Shown here one piece after another: positions 53,925 to 64,000 of a stretch of DNA of 64,000 nucleotides. Every line of letters begins with the position of its first letter. Position 1 is the first letter of the stretch. The stretch spans positions 32,001 through 96,000 of the forward strand of contig CAVPOM010000011.1 in the NCBI GenBank assembly GCA_963707025.1, read 5' to 3'. Under the pieces are notes generated by a model. The model had not been told where the DNA came from. It searched no databases and worked only from the letters and a program-made list of their open reading frames with translations. This DNA comes from an uncultured Verrucomicrobiae bacterium. GTDB taxonomy: Bacteria; Verrucomicrobiota; Verrucomicrobiia; Limisphaerales; Palsa-1400. A program made the translations under genes and the position numbers.

Positions 53925-54791
53925 TTGATTATGGCGCTTGTTACGGCTGCCTCAGCGCATCAGGTTGGTTCCGTTCTTCAGACGAATCTGCCGCCCCTGA
54001 AGCAAGTCCGTCTGGTCGATTTCAAAATAAAGGGAGCCCGTGCGGTTTCGTTCTGTTCCGCTTCCAGGAACCTCTTCGTGGCCTTTGCCCAAGAAGGCTC
54101 TCGGAAAGTTCATTGTTGGAGCCTAGATACAGGAAAGGACATCGCGTCATATACGGTCCCTCGAGGCTATCGCTGCGATGACTCATTGCCGTCGCCGGAT
54201 GGGAAGCTTTTGCTGATCGCAACGTACGATCTCATCCATGACGCTCTACACGAGGTATTCAAGGTGTTCGTCTTCAACGTCAAGACCGAGAAACTGATTA
54301 AAGAACTGGATTACCCTGATGAACTCATCACGTTTCTCCAGTTCAGCCGAGATGGCAATTGTTTCCGGCTTTGCCGTGGGATCCCCAGCCGGTCCGCGGA
54401 CTGGCCCGTTTATGTATATGATCCAAAGGGTAACACATTAACAAATGTTGATATGATGGCGTTCGCTCCTGCTGAAAGTCCCATCCTGAAACAAGGGGAA
54501 TTTAAGGATCCGAGCCTTTACTACACTAAGGACGGAACTCAGCACAAGCTCGTCGAGGATGCATTCTGTTATCTCTCAGCCGATGGTGACGCCTTCCTGG
54601 CGTCCTCGACCGTCAACGGCGAGGTTTTGGTTTGGCGCGCAAGCGATTTGAAGGAATTATTTCGAGGGAAGTTCGGCAAGCATCCGATCTGGGTGCGGTT
54701 CGATGACAAGCTTAATCGGTTTCTTGTCATTAACGGAAACGCGGACGAAAACTCTTTTTTAGAGGCAATTCAGATTGGAACTCCAAGGTGA
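53925..54791 (+). CDS. Hypothetical beta-propeller (WD40-like) protein
   Basis: SPDGKLL, FSRDG, WSLDTG repeats; lower GC. Confidence 0.55.
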   Translation: MIMALVTAASAHQVGSVLQTNLPPLKQVRLVDFKIKGARAVSFCSASRNLFVAFAQEGSRKVHCWSLDTGKDIASYTVPRGYRCDDSLPSPDGKLLLIATYDLIHDALHEVFKVFVFNVKTEKLIKELDYPDELITFLQFSRDGNCFRLCRGIPSRSADWPVYVYDPKGNTLTNVDMMAFAPAESPILKQGEFKDPSLYYTKDGTQHKLVEDAFCYLSADGDAFLASSTVNGEVLVWRASDLKELFRGKFGKHPIWVRFDDKLNRFLVINGNADENSFLEAIQIGTPR

Positions 54792-54951
54792 GAAAAGGCG
54801 GAAAGAGATCAGGCAAAGGTATCGTCGTATTTTTCCTTCTGGACGCAGCCTGGACCGAAAAAGCATCCAAGGCATGGCTGGCTTTGTGCCCGGCTGCTTG
54901 GATCTGGGCCAGGGCGGGACGGGGAAAATTCTCGTCCAGAAAATATGTCAT
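54730..54951 (-). pseudogene. Truncated DUF5615 PIN-like toxin
   Basis: YFLDENFP..AAGH N-terminus, then family similarity is lost. Confidence 0.6.
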
Positions 54952-55190
54952 CTCGCGGTGAGTTCGGCCTCAATCCCTTCCATGGCCGTCAACCGGCCGG
55001 CAAACTCAAGGCACGCCCGAACATCGGCCTCCGTGAGCGAGGGGTAATCCCGCAAGATCTCCGGCGTGGCCTGGCCGGCCGCCACGGCTCCAACCACATT
55101 GGCCACCAGAACACGCGTGCCGCGCACCACCGGCTTGCCATGACAAACCGCGGGATCGAAAACAATTCTCTCTGAGAGCCAAGTTTGCAT
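54948..55190 (-). CDS. DUF433 antitoxin
   Basis: RIVFDPAVCHGKPVVRGTRV..DYPSLTEADVRACLEFA. Confidence 0.9.
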   Translation of the reverse strand: MQTWLSERIVFDPAVCHGKPVVRGTRVLVANVVGAVAAGQATPEILRDYPSLTEADVRACLEFAGRLTAMEGIEAELTAR

Positions 55191-55407
55191 GATGACACTT
55201 TATCCCCCCAAGGTTCCGTTGTTCAAGGATAAGTTTCGCGGCGCGCCGGGCCGGGAAGACCGGCAGTCGCGGGTCGCACGACCTCAGCATGGTCAATCCG
55301 GATGGCAAGACAACGCCAGCCAATGGTCGGGCCAGCATGTCTTGGCAGCGTTCTGACGCGGAGGTTGACCCCGCGCTTGATTTTGTTCACTCTAAGACAT
55401 CGCCGCC

Positions 55408-58400
55408 ATGCGCCATGCTTCGCCAGTTCGGGTCCGGACCGGAACCATCACCCTTCCCACCTGGCGGCCCGCGCCGCCGGACAAGAACCCGATGTTTCTG
55501 GAAAAACGCGTTTATCAGGGCAGCAGCGGCAGGGTGTATCCGCTGCCGTTCACCGACCGCATCGCCGAAAAACCGGTCCGCCGCAAATGGCAGGCGGTCT
55601 GGATTGAAAACGAGTTCCTCCGCGTCCTGGTGCTGCCCGAAATCGGCGGGCGCATCCACGCCATCCAGGACAAGACCAACGGTTACGATCTGATTTACAA
55701 TCAGCCCGTCATCAAGCCCGCCCTGGTCGGCCTGGCCGGGCCGTGGATTTCCGGCGGGATCGAGTTCAACTGGCCGCAGCATCATCGTCCCGCCACCTTC
55801 CTGCCCGTGGATGTTAAAATCGAATCGCACGCCGATGGCTCCAAAACCATCTGGTGCGGCGACCACGACCCGATGTGCCGGATGAAAGGCATGCACGGCG
55901 TCTGCCTGCATCCGGGCCGGAGCTGCCTGGAATTGAAGGTGCGCGCTTACAACCGCACGCCCTTCCAGCAGACTTTTCTCTGGTGGGCCAATGTCGCCAT
56001 GCGCGTGCATGAGGCCTATCAAAGCTTTTTCCCGCCGGACGTTTATTACGTGGCCGACCACGCGCAGGCGCGCCATGAGCGAATATCCGCTCTGCCAGGA
56101 ATGTCTATTACGGCGTCAACTACGGCCGAGCGCGGCGCGCCGGGGCATTCCGCAAAATGAAATTCCAAAGCAGTTCCTCCCGCCCCACTGCCGGCGGGTC
56201 GATCGCAGTCCGCATGCCCGAATACGCGCCGAACGACCTTTCCTTTTACGCCAACATTCCGGTGCCGACCTCCTACATGTGCATGGGCAGCCGGGAGGAT
56301 TTCTTCGGCGGCTACGATTACGCGGCGCAGGCGGGCATCGTTCACGTCGCCAACCACCACATTTCGCCCGGCAAGAAACAATGGACCTGGGGCAATCACG
56401 AATTCGGTTACGCCTGGGACCGCAACCTGACCGAGCGCGACGGCAAAGGTGAATTCGGCGCCCTACATCGAAATCATGGCCGGCGTCTATACCGACAACC
56501 AGCCCGACTTCAGCTTTCTCCAGCCCGGCGAGACGAAAACGTGGAGCCAGTATCTGGTATCCCATCCAAAAAATCGGCCCGGCGCAACACGCCAATCTGC
56601 AGGCGGCCGTCAGCCTGAAAATCGCAGAATCGGCCGCGCGCGCCTTGGCGTCGCTGTCACCACGGAACATTCCGGGCGCGGCCATTGCCCTGATTTGGCA
56701 AAAGCAAACGCTGGCAAAATGCGACGGCGCGACCTGGCGCCGGGTTCGCCGTTCGTCAAGGAAGTCAGCCTTCCGCGTGGCACCGGCGAAACCGGGCTGC
56801 TGCTGCGCGTCCTGGACCGCGCCGGCCGCGAAATTATTTCTTACGCGCCGAAGCCGCGCGTCCGGGGCGCAGTGCCGCCGCCCGCGACCGAACCGGCCGC
56901 GCCGGCGGACATCGCCAGCGCGGACGAATTGTTCATCACCGGCCTGCATCTGGAACAGTATCGCCATGCCACCCGTTCCCGGTGCTATATTGGCGCGAGG
57001 CGTTGCGCCGCGACCCGGTGGATGCGCGCTGCAACAACGCCCTGGGTCTGTGGCACCTGCAGCGCGGCGAATTCACTCTGGCGGAGGAATTCTTCCGCAG
57101 AGCCATCGCGCGCCTGACGCGCCGCAATCCCAATCCTTCCGACGGCGAGGCCTTTTACAACCTGGGCTTGTGCCTGCGCCATCTGGGCCGCGATGATGAA
57201 GCTTATGGCGCGTTTTACAAAGCCACCTGGAACCAGGCGTGGATGGCGGCGGGTTATCACGCGCTGGCGGAACTGGCTTGCAAAAAATCAGACTGGGCAG
57301 GCGCGCTGGAACATCTGAACCGCTCGCTCCGTTTCAACACCGACAATCTGCGGGCGCGCAATCTGAAGGTCATGGTCTTGCGGAGGCTCGGCCGTGAAGC
57401 CGAGGCGGGTGTGCTGCTGCGCGAAACGCTCGCGCTGGACCCGCTGGACTGGTGGGCGCGGCTCTTGACGGGCGGAAATTCCCGGTTGCGATTTGCCCAC
57501 GCATCTGGACCTGGCGCACGATCTGGCGCAGCGCGGGTTTTGCGCTGAGGCGGTGGCGGCTGCTGGAGGGCGCGCCCGTCCAGAGCGGCGGGTGAGTTGC
57601 CAACCAAAGTTTGGGAGCGTTGCCGCTGGTCCACTACACGCTCGGCTGGCTTCAGGAAAAACTGGGCAATAAAAAATCCGCCTTGCGGCATTTCCGCCAG
57701 GCGGCGCGCGCTCCCGCCGGATTATTGTTTTCCGTGCGCGTCTGGAAGAGATTGCGGTGTTGGAAGCGGCCATGCGGGCCAATCCGCACGACGCCCGCGC
57801 GCCTTATTATCTGGGCAATTTGTTTTACGACCGCCGCCGCCACGCCGAGGCCATCCGGCTTTGGGAGCGCAGCGCGAAATTGAATCCCGATTTCTCCATC
57901 GTCTGGCGCAACCTCGGCATCGGTTACTTCAACATTTCCAAACAACCGGCCAAAGCCCGCGCCGCTTACGAGCGCGCCTTCCGGGCCAATCCGCGCGACG
58001 CGCGGCTGCTCTTCGAGCGCGACCAGCTTTGGAAACGGCTCGGCGAAAAACCGGCGAAACGATTGCGGGAACTGGAAAAATATGCCGCGCTCGTCCGCCA
58101 GCGCGACGATTTGACGGTGGAACTGTGCGCGCTCTCAATCAGACCGGCCGCCACGTCGAAGCGATGCAACTCCTGGCCCAACGCCGGTTTCAGCCGTGGG
58201 AAGGCGGCGAAGGCGGGGCGCTGGGCCAGCACGTCCGCACGCAGCTTGCGCTCGGACGCGCAGGCCCTGGCACAGCAAGATTTTCCGCTGCGCCGCCAGG
58301 CCATTTTGAGAACGCGCTCGCTCGCGCCGGAAAATCTCGGCGAAGCCAGGCATCTGCTGGCCAACCAGAGCGACATTCATTATTGGCTGGGCGTCGCGCT

Positions 58401-58842
58401 GGATTTGCTCGGCGAGCAAAAAAGGCGCGCGCAGCACTGGCTGGCCGCCGCCAACTTCAAGGGCGATTTTCAGGAGATGAGCGTCCGCGCTTTTCAGCGA
58501 AATGACCTTTTACTCGGCGCTGTGCACTGCGAAAAGCTGGGCCGGAAGCGGAGGCGAAAAAACTTTTGCGCGACTTGCTGGCCTACGCGCAAAAGCGTTG
58601 CAAAAGTCGCCGGCCAAAATTGATTACTTCGCCACGTCGCTGCCGACCATGCTGCTGTTCGAGGATGATTTGCCATTCCGCCAGGAAACAACCGCGCTGT
58701 TTTTGCAGGCGCAGGCGCGGCTGGGCCTGGGGCAAAAAGCGAAGGCGCAGGCGCTTTTGCGGAAAGTTTTGCGGCGCGACCCGAACCACGCGCTGGCGGC
58801 GGATTTGTGGGCGGGTTGGCCCCGCGGAAGGGAGCCGCATGA
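55408..58842 (+). CDS. DUF5107 + TPR protein, multiple apparent frameshifts
   Basis: VYQGSSGRVYPLP, LPEIGGRI, GGIEFNWPQHHRP, PGKKQWTWG, YIEIMAGVYTDNQPDF, TPRs, IDYFATSLP across several frames. Confidence 0.8.
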
Positions 58843-60265
58843 CGGCGGTGGCTCCAAAAGACGACCCGCCTCTCAAGGCCGAATACAATTTCGGTTACAT
58901 CTGGCTCATTTCCGTGACGCCGCGCTTGGGCGGGCTGTTGTTCGGCTACGACTGGGTGGTCATTGGCGGGGCGAAGCCGTTTTTCGAGCGGTACTTTCAC
59001 CTGGCCAAAGCCGCGCAATCCGGCTGGGCGAACAGTTGCGCGCTCATCGGCTGTCTGGCGGGCGCGCTCGTCGCCGGCGCGTTGAGCGACAAGTTCGGCC
59101 GGAAAAGATTGTTGATCGCTTCGGCGTTTTTGTTCGCGCGTCACCTCGCTGGGCAACGCGCTGGCGCCGAATGTTTTCCATTTTCGTCGCGTGGCGGATG
59201 CTGGGCGGCGTGGCCATCGGCCTGGCTTCGAACCTTTCGCCGATGTATATCGCCGAAATCGCCCCGGCGCGGATGCGCGGCAAACTGGTCTCCATCAACC
59301 AGCTCACCATCGTCATCGGCGTGCTGGCGGCGCAACTGATCAACTGGTCGCTCGTGCGCCATCTGCCGCCGGGCGCGACGGATGAGTTCATCGTCAATTC
59401 CTGGTATGGCCAGTCCGGCTGGCGCTGGATGTTTGCCCTCACCGCCATTCCTGCGGCGTTGTTTTTTGCCGGCATGTTTTTCGTTCCCGAAAGCCCGCGC
59501 TGGCTGGCCAAAAACGGCAAGCCCGAACAGGCCCGCGCCGTCCTGCAAAAAATCGGCGGGGCGAGCTTACGCGGGTCAGCGCCGCTCCGGGAAATCGAGG
59601 CGACGCTGGTGAACGAAACCGAAAAGGTGGATTTCCGCGAACTGCTGCAGCCGAGGATGAGAAAGGTGCTGGTGCTGGGCGTCGTGCTGGCCGTGTTCCA
59701 GCAATGGTGCGGCATCAACGTCATTTTCAATTACGCCGAGGAGATTTTCAGGGCCGCCGGCTACGACATTTCCACCGTGCTGAAAAACATCGCCTGGACC
59801 GGCTCGGTCAACCTGGCGTTCACCTTTGTCGCGCTGGGCGTGGTGGACCGCCGCGGGCGGCGTCCGCTGATGCTGTTCGGCGCGGCGGGGCTGGCGGTCA
59901 TCTACACGGCGATCGAGTTTTTGTTATCACGCGCGGCGTGCAGGGATGGCCGGTGCTGCTGCTCGTGCTGGCGGCCATCGCCTGTTATTCCATGTCGCTG
60001 GCGCCGGTGACGTGGGTGGTGATTTCGGAAATCTTTCCCGAATCGCATCCGCGGCGCGGCCATGGCCGTCGCCGTGGCGGCGCTGTGGCTGGCCTGTTTC
60101 ATCCTGACTTACACGTTCCCGATTTTGAAGGACAAGCTCGGTCCGGCGGGCACGTTCTGGCTCTACGCCGCCATCTGCGCACTGGGCCTGCTTTTCATCT
60201 GGAAGAAACTGCCCGAAACCAAGGGGCGGACGCTGGAACAGATCGAAAAGGAATTGGTGAAATAG
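58839..60265 (+). CDS. Sugar porter MFS transporter, apparent frameshifts
   Basis: GGLLFGYD, DKFGRK, PMYIAEIAP, PESPRWL, QQWCGIN, PETKG. Confidence 0.88.
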
Positions 60266-60272
60266 GGGGCGG

Positions 60273-60443
60273 ATCTTGACACTGCTGCCGGCGTCTGGCG
60301 AAAGAATGCCATAGGAGTGCGCCCGTCCTCGGGCGCAGCCGCGTGGGAAACACGGCGCGCCGGTGATTTTCCTGAGCACCCAAACCATCCCTGGCTTGCT
60401 GCGGCCGGGGACGGCCGCACTCCGCCGGCAGCAGTGTCAAGAT
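60273..60443. repeat. 171-bp element with perfect 21-bp terminal inverted repeats
   Basis: ATCTTGACACTGCTGCCGGCG ... CGCCGGCAGCAGTGTCAAGAT. Confidence 0.75.
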
Positions 60444-60470
60444 GCGCGTTGAAATAGGTGCGTTTAGGGA

Positions 60471-60498
60471 TTGACATCGCCGGGGGAAGGACTAATGT
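60471..60498 (+). promoter_or_regulatory. Possible sigma70 promoter
   Basis: TTGACA-N16-TAATGT upstream of the 60526 ATG. Confidence 0.35.
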
Positions 60499-60525
60499 GG
60501 AGTTGACGCAACAGAAGGATCTCTT

Positions 60526-62031
60526 ATGAAAAAGTCACTATTTTTATGCGGAGCGCTCTTGCTGGCGGTTCCGGGTCTTTCGCCGGCAGCGGACTATCCC
60601 CTGGTATTCAAGACCCTCGATGCCCAGCAGGCCATGTCCTTTCCTTCCGGCTCCACCATTTACGCCATGATGCAGGCCGCCAAACCGGCTGGCCTCCACA
60701 AGGCGCCGCCGGCCGTCTCCCAGCACCCGCTCTATGGCCAGATTGCGGCCGGAAGCGACCAACTCCTGTGCCGGCTGGATGAATCCAAAGGCACCGGCCA
60801 GGGCTATGACCGGCTGATCGTGGACGTGAATCAGAATGGGGACCTGACGGACGACCCGGTGGTCAACCTGGTCCCGTCCGCCATGCATCAAGGAGTGGTC
60901 TCCGCGCCGCAGCAATTGCTCTTTGGGCCGATTCAGGCGCCGGACAATCTTAAGATTGGGGCGGATCGCCCCGTCTTTTTCGCCCAGGTTTACATGTTCA
61001 TGGCAGCGGGGATCTCGGCTGCCGCCATGCCCAATGCCACCGTCGCCGAGATTCTCGTCCGGCCGGGCTGGTATTTGGAAGCCACGGTGAACGTGGATGG
61101 CAAGGAGCACAAGGTGGGCTTGGTGGACGGGAACTGCAATTTCCGCATCGGGGACCCGGAACGGCCCGTGACTTCCCGGACTGGGGTCAATGGCAGCGAA
61201 ACCAGTTGGTATTTCCAGGGCGGCGACCGTTTCCTGATGGACTGGGGCCGTGCAGGAGGCATGCAAAGCTCCGTTCTGGAAGACCAATCCCGTTCCTTCG
61301 GCCCATTGCTTTATCTGGGCGCCAAGCCCTATAAAGTCGCCGTGGCCGCTGACAGCAAATCGCTGTCGCTGGCCCCCTGGACCGAGCCGCTGGCGGAGTT
61401 GGCCATGCAACCGGGCGGGGAGCACATCAGCAGCTTGGAGCTGGCTTGGGAGAAAGCCCCTGGCGACTGGGTGCTGCTGCAGCCCGGCGTCGAAAACGGC
61501 AAGGCCAAAGTGCCGCCGGGCAACTATCGGCTTTATTCCTTGGTCTTGAAAGGCAAAACCGCGGCCGGCGATTCCCTGATCATGAGCGGCATCAAGCGCG
61601 CTCCGGAAGGCACCGTCAAGGCCGTGGCCGGGGAAACCACGCCCTTGAAGTGCGGCGCGCCGCTGCAAATCAACTTGAGTTCCGTGCCCACGCGCGCTGC
61701 CGGCGGCTTGTTGCAGGGTCTCTTCGGTCAGGCCGGCCCTGCGCAGACCATCCAGGCTTCCATCCTCGGCGCCGGAGGGGAGACCTATTCAGCCCCTCAA
61801 CTGATGGGCGCCAGGGGAATGGGGCGCCCGCCGACCGGCCCGACTTACGCCGTCCTGACAACGGAAGGCAAACAGGTGGACTCGGGCAATCTGGAGTATG
61901 GCTGAGGCGGCGTTTGTTCGCACTCATGGCGAGTGCCCCAAGATTTGTCCGGCAAGAAAGTCACCATCAAAGCCGAGTTCGATCTGAAACCGATTGACAC
62001 GGTGAGCAAATCCATCGAAGTGCAGTTATAG
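60526..62031 (+). CDS. Putative exported selenoprotein (501 aa), in-frame TGA at 61903..61905
   Basis: Signal peptide; NLEYG*GGVCSHSWRVPQDLSGKKVTIKAEFDLKPIDTVSKSIEVQL then TAG at 62029..62031; motif shared with the 22417..24693 paralog. Confidence 0.75.
61903..61942 (+). promoter_or_regulatory. SECIS-like hairpin after the in-frame UGA
   Basis: UGA-GGCGGCG-UUUG-UUC-GCACUC-AUGGC-GAGUGC-CC-CAAG. Confidence 0.65.
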
Positions 62032-62309
62032 AAGCAGATGGCAATTGCCAGATGCGTCCGCCCCGGACTGCCAGGGGGGCAGTCCTGCTCATTTGCCGTG
62101 TCGAGCCTGCGGCTCGCAATCGGCGCAGAGCGCCGGCGCGGCAACGAATTTGGACACTACCGAAGTTAGGGCGTTTTCAAGAAAACCGTAGCCGCAGCAC
62201 GCGGTAGGGTCCCGGCAGGCCGGGATTGCCCGCCGCGGCGCGCACGGAGTGCGCGCCCTACCTCCCTCGTTTCGGCTACATCATTTCTTAAACCGCTCTT
62301 GCGTGCTTT

Positions 62310-62645
62310 CTATTTGTCGCCTTCCTCTTTTTCCTTTTCTGGTTTTTCTTGTGCCGCCTTTTCGTGCTCGACGTTTACGACGGTGCCTGCGATCGCATCC
62401 ACATTGACCTCGGTGATGTCCTTTGAATCCGGGGTGGTGAAGCAAAACGACCAGATCAGTTTGCCGTGTTCCCGTTCCAGTTCGCATTCCTTGTAGGTGC
62501 CGTTCGGCACCATGGTGAGGGCGGTGGCCTGAGCCTGAGGCTTGCTGATTTTCGCCTCCGCTTCAAGCTGGGATTCATTCTCCGTGGCGCAGCCGGCGAG
62601 GAAGCCGGCGGCCAGGATCGAACAAAGAGTTAATCGCATTTTCAC
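62310..62645 (-). CDS. PepSY-domain lipoprotein
   Basis: Lipobox LAGC; AKISKPQAQATAL, ELEREHGKLIWS, EVNVDAIAG. Confidence 0.75.
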   Translation of the reverse strand: MKMRLTLCSILAAGFLAGCATENESQLEAEAKISKPQAQATALTMVPNGTYKECELEREHGKLIWSFCFTTPDSKDITEVNVDAIAGTVVNVEHEKAAQEKPEKEKEEGDK

Positions 62646-62729
62646 TGTTTTCCTATTCGTTAATTGTGTCCTGCGGAGAAAGCTACCCGGCTGGAAAGAG
62701 CACGCAACGAAATTAACATTACAATATCG

Positions 62730-64000
62730 TCATTCAACCTGTTTCCAACTGAGGATTTCGTAGGCGTTGGTCAGGGACGGAGAGGAGCGGAGGATGCGCC
62801 CGGATTTGGTGGCGCTGTCCCAACTCAATTGCACGGAATCCAGCGCCGGCGTCCAACTGCCGTCGTCTTCAAACAGGGTCGCCGCCCGTCCGCCATCGCC
62901 ATAGACCCAAACCGTGAGCTTTCGGCTGGCCGGGTCATCGGTATGCAACGTCGGTTGGGCCAGCGGCAGCACCGTGCCCGTCTTGACGAAGAGCGGAATG
63001 CGCCCGACCGGCACGCTGACGTTAATGCGTTGCCCGCCCGCGTGCCTCGCGCCGGTCCAAAAGTCGTGCCACTCGCCGGCGGGCAGGTAAACCGGGCGCA
63101 TGGCTTCCGCGCCGGCCGCGGCGGCGCCCGCCGTGTCTGCCCGCCGGCCTCCCCGGCTGGCCGCCCCCTCCACGATGACCGGCGCGACCAGCAGGCTGTC
63201 GCCCATCATGTATTCATCGTCCATCGTTCGGGTCCGGGGATCATCGGGATAATCCATGACGAGGGCGCGGAAAGGCGGCAGGCCCTCGCGATGATAACGG
63301 ACGAAGGCGGCGTGCAGGTAAGGAATGAACTTCATGCGCAAATCCAGAACTTCCCGGCAGAGCGCCTCGACATTTTCCCAGCCTTCCGCGAACCGGCCTG
63401 CATTATTCGCGGCGCGGTCCACTTGTTTCCAGGGCGGGTGGCGCAGATACCAGGCATTGATCATGGCCAGGGGCGAGAAGGCCGCGCTTTCCAGCCGCCG
63501 CAACAATTCTTCCGGCTGGGCCGCCTCCCGCACTTCCGGCGCCCAGAGCAGGCCGGAAAAACCGGCCTGCGCCACCCCGCGAACGAACTGGCGGTGATCG
63601 TAGAGATCGCTGTAGAGAACGTAGGGATACGGCGCCGCCAGCGCGCCGGACGAGCGCACCAGGCCGTAAGTCCGCTGCTGCCGCCGCTCGAACGCCCCTT
63701 GCAGGGCGTCCTGATAACGCAGCCCAAAAAGACTGTGCATCTGCTCGCCGTCCGCTCCCGAAGGAAACCGGCTCATCTCCGGGAAGGACCAGCCGCCGGT
63801 AAAATCCGAATTGTCGCACTCGTCCGCCTTGAAGCCGGCCGCGCCCTGGGCGACAAATGTTTTCTCGTGGTAGTCGGTGAAGATCCGGCGCGTTTCAGGC
63901 TGGAGAAAGTCCGGCACCAGACCGCCCCACACCTCGTAGTCCCCGCAGTGTGGCAGCAACGAGGCATAGATCGGCGCGGAGGGATCCACGAAGGCCTGTT
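62730..64000 (-). CDS. Glycoside hydrolase family 31 (5'-partial)
   Basis: GFKADECD, PYLHAAF, RALVMDYP, YMMGDSLLVAP, YLPAGEWHDFW, IPLFVK. Confidence 0.85.
   Translation of the reverse strand, partial: QAFVDPSAPIYASLLPHCGDYEVWGGLVPDFLQPETRRIFTDYHEKTFVAQGAAGFKADECDNSDFTGGWSFPEMSRFPSGADGEQMHSLFGLRYQDALQGAFERRQQRTYGLVRSSGALAAPYPYVLYSDLYDHRQFVRGVAQAGFSGLLWAPEVREAAQPEELLRRLESAAFSPLAMINAWYLRHPPWKQVDRAANNAGRFAEGWENVEALCREVLDLRMKFIPYLHAAFVRYHREGLPPFRALVMDYPDDPRTRTMDDEYMMGDSLLVAPVIVEGAASRGGRRADTAGAAAAGAEAMRPVYLPAGEWHDFWTGARHAGGQRINVSVPVGRIPLFVKTGTVLPLAQPTLHTDDPASRKLTVWVYGDGGRAATLFEDDGSWTPALDSVQLSWDSATKSGRILRSSPSLTNAYEILSWKQVE

Noticed and set aside
55408..60265. Dense frameshifts in the DUF5107-TPR and sugar porter genes (also near 400, 10970, 11160, 20190, 30550, 32100) as programmed recoding or real pseudogenes
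   Set aside because: The indels hit conserved housekeeping genes (gcvP, E1 alpha), cluster regionally and show no shared slippery motif. This fits long-read or low-coverage consensus errors; read-level checking is needed.

Overview
GC-rich bacterial chromosome window. Gene content and intergenic repeat families suggest a Verrucomicrobia/PVC-type organism (inference only). The housekeeping backbone includes lolDE, nfo, a 2-oxoacid dehydrogenase E1a/E1b/E2 operon, deaD, gcvP, trpB2, a PhoB/PhoR-like pair, ruvA, HIT, a cyclophilin, a PPTase and several glycoside hydrolases. Accessory DNA includes a BglII-like REase plus MT-A70 MTase, four toxin-antitoxin modules plus remnants, a complete group II intron in an L7Ae-like gene, a complete IS3 element and many REP/MITE-like repeats. 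Top finding: two unlinked paralogous exported proteins (24693->22417 minus; 60526->62031 plus) both carry an in-frame TGA at the same position of a motif E[FY]G-*-xGxCx[YH]SWRVP. Each TGA is followed by an identically spaced hairpin (G-Y-ACTC-ATGGC-GAGT-R-C) with a compensatory base-pair change, which points to an unannotated selenoprotein family with a bacterial SECIS-like element. A second pattern is that diverged duplicates of housekeeping-gene 3' ends (E2, gcvP) bracket small TA cassettes with no integrase. Many single-base frameshifts, dense at 55.4-60.3 kb, are probably assembly errors.
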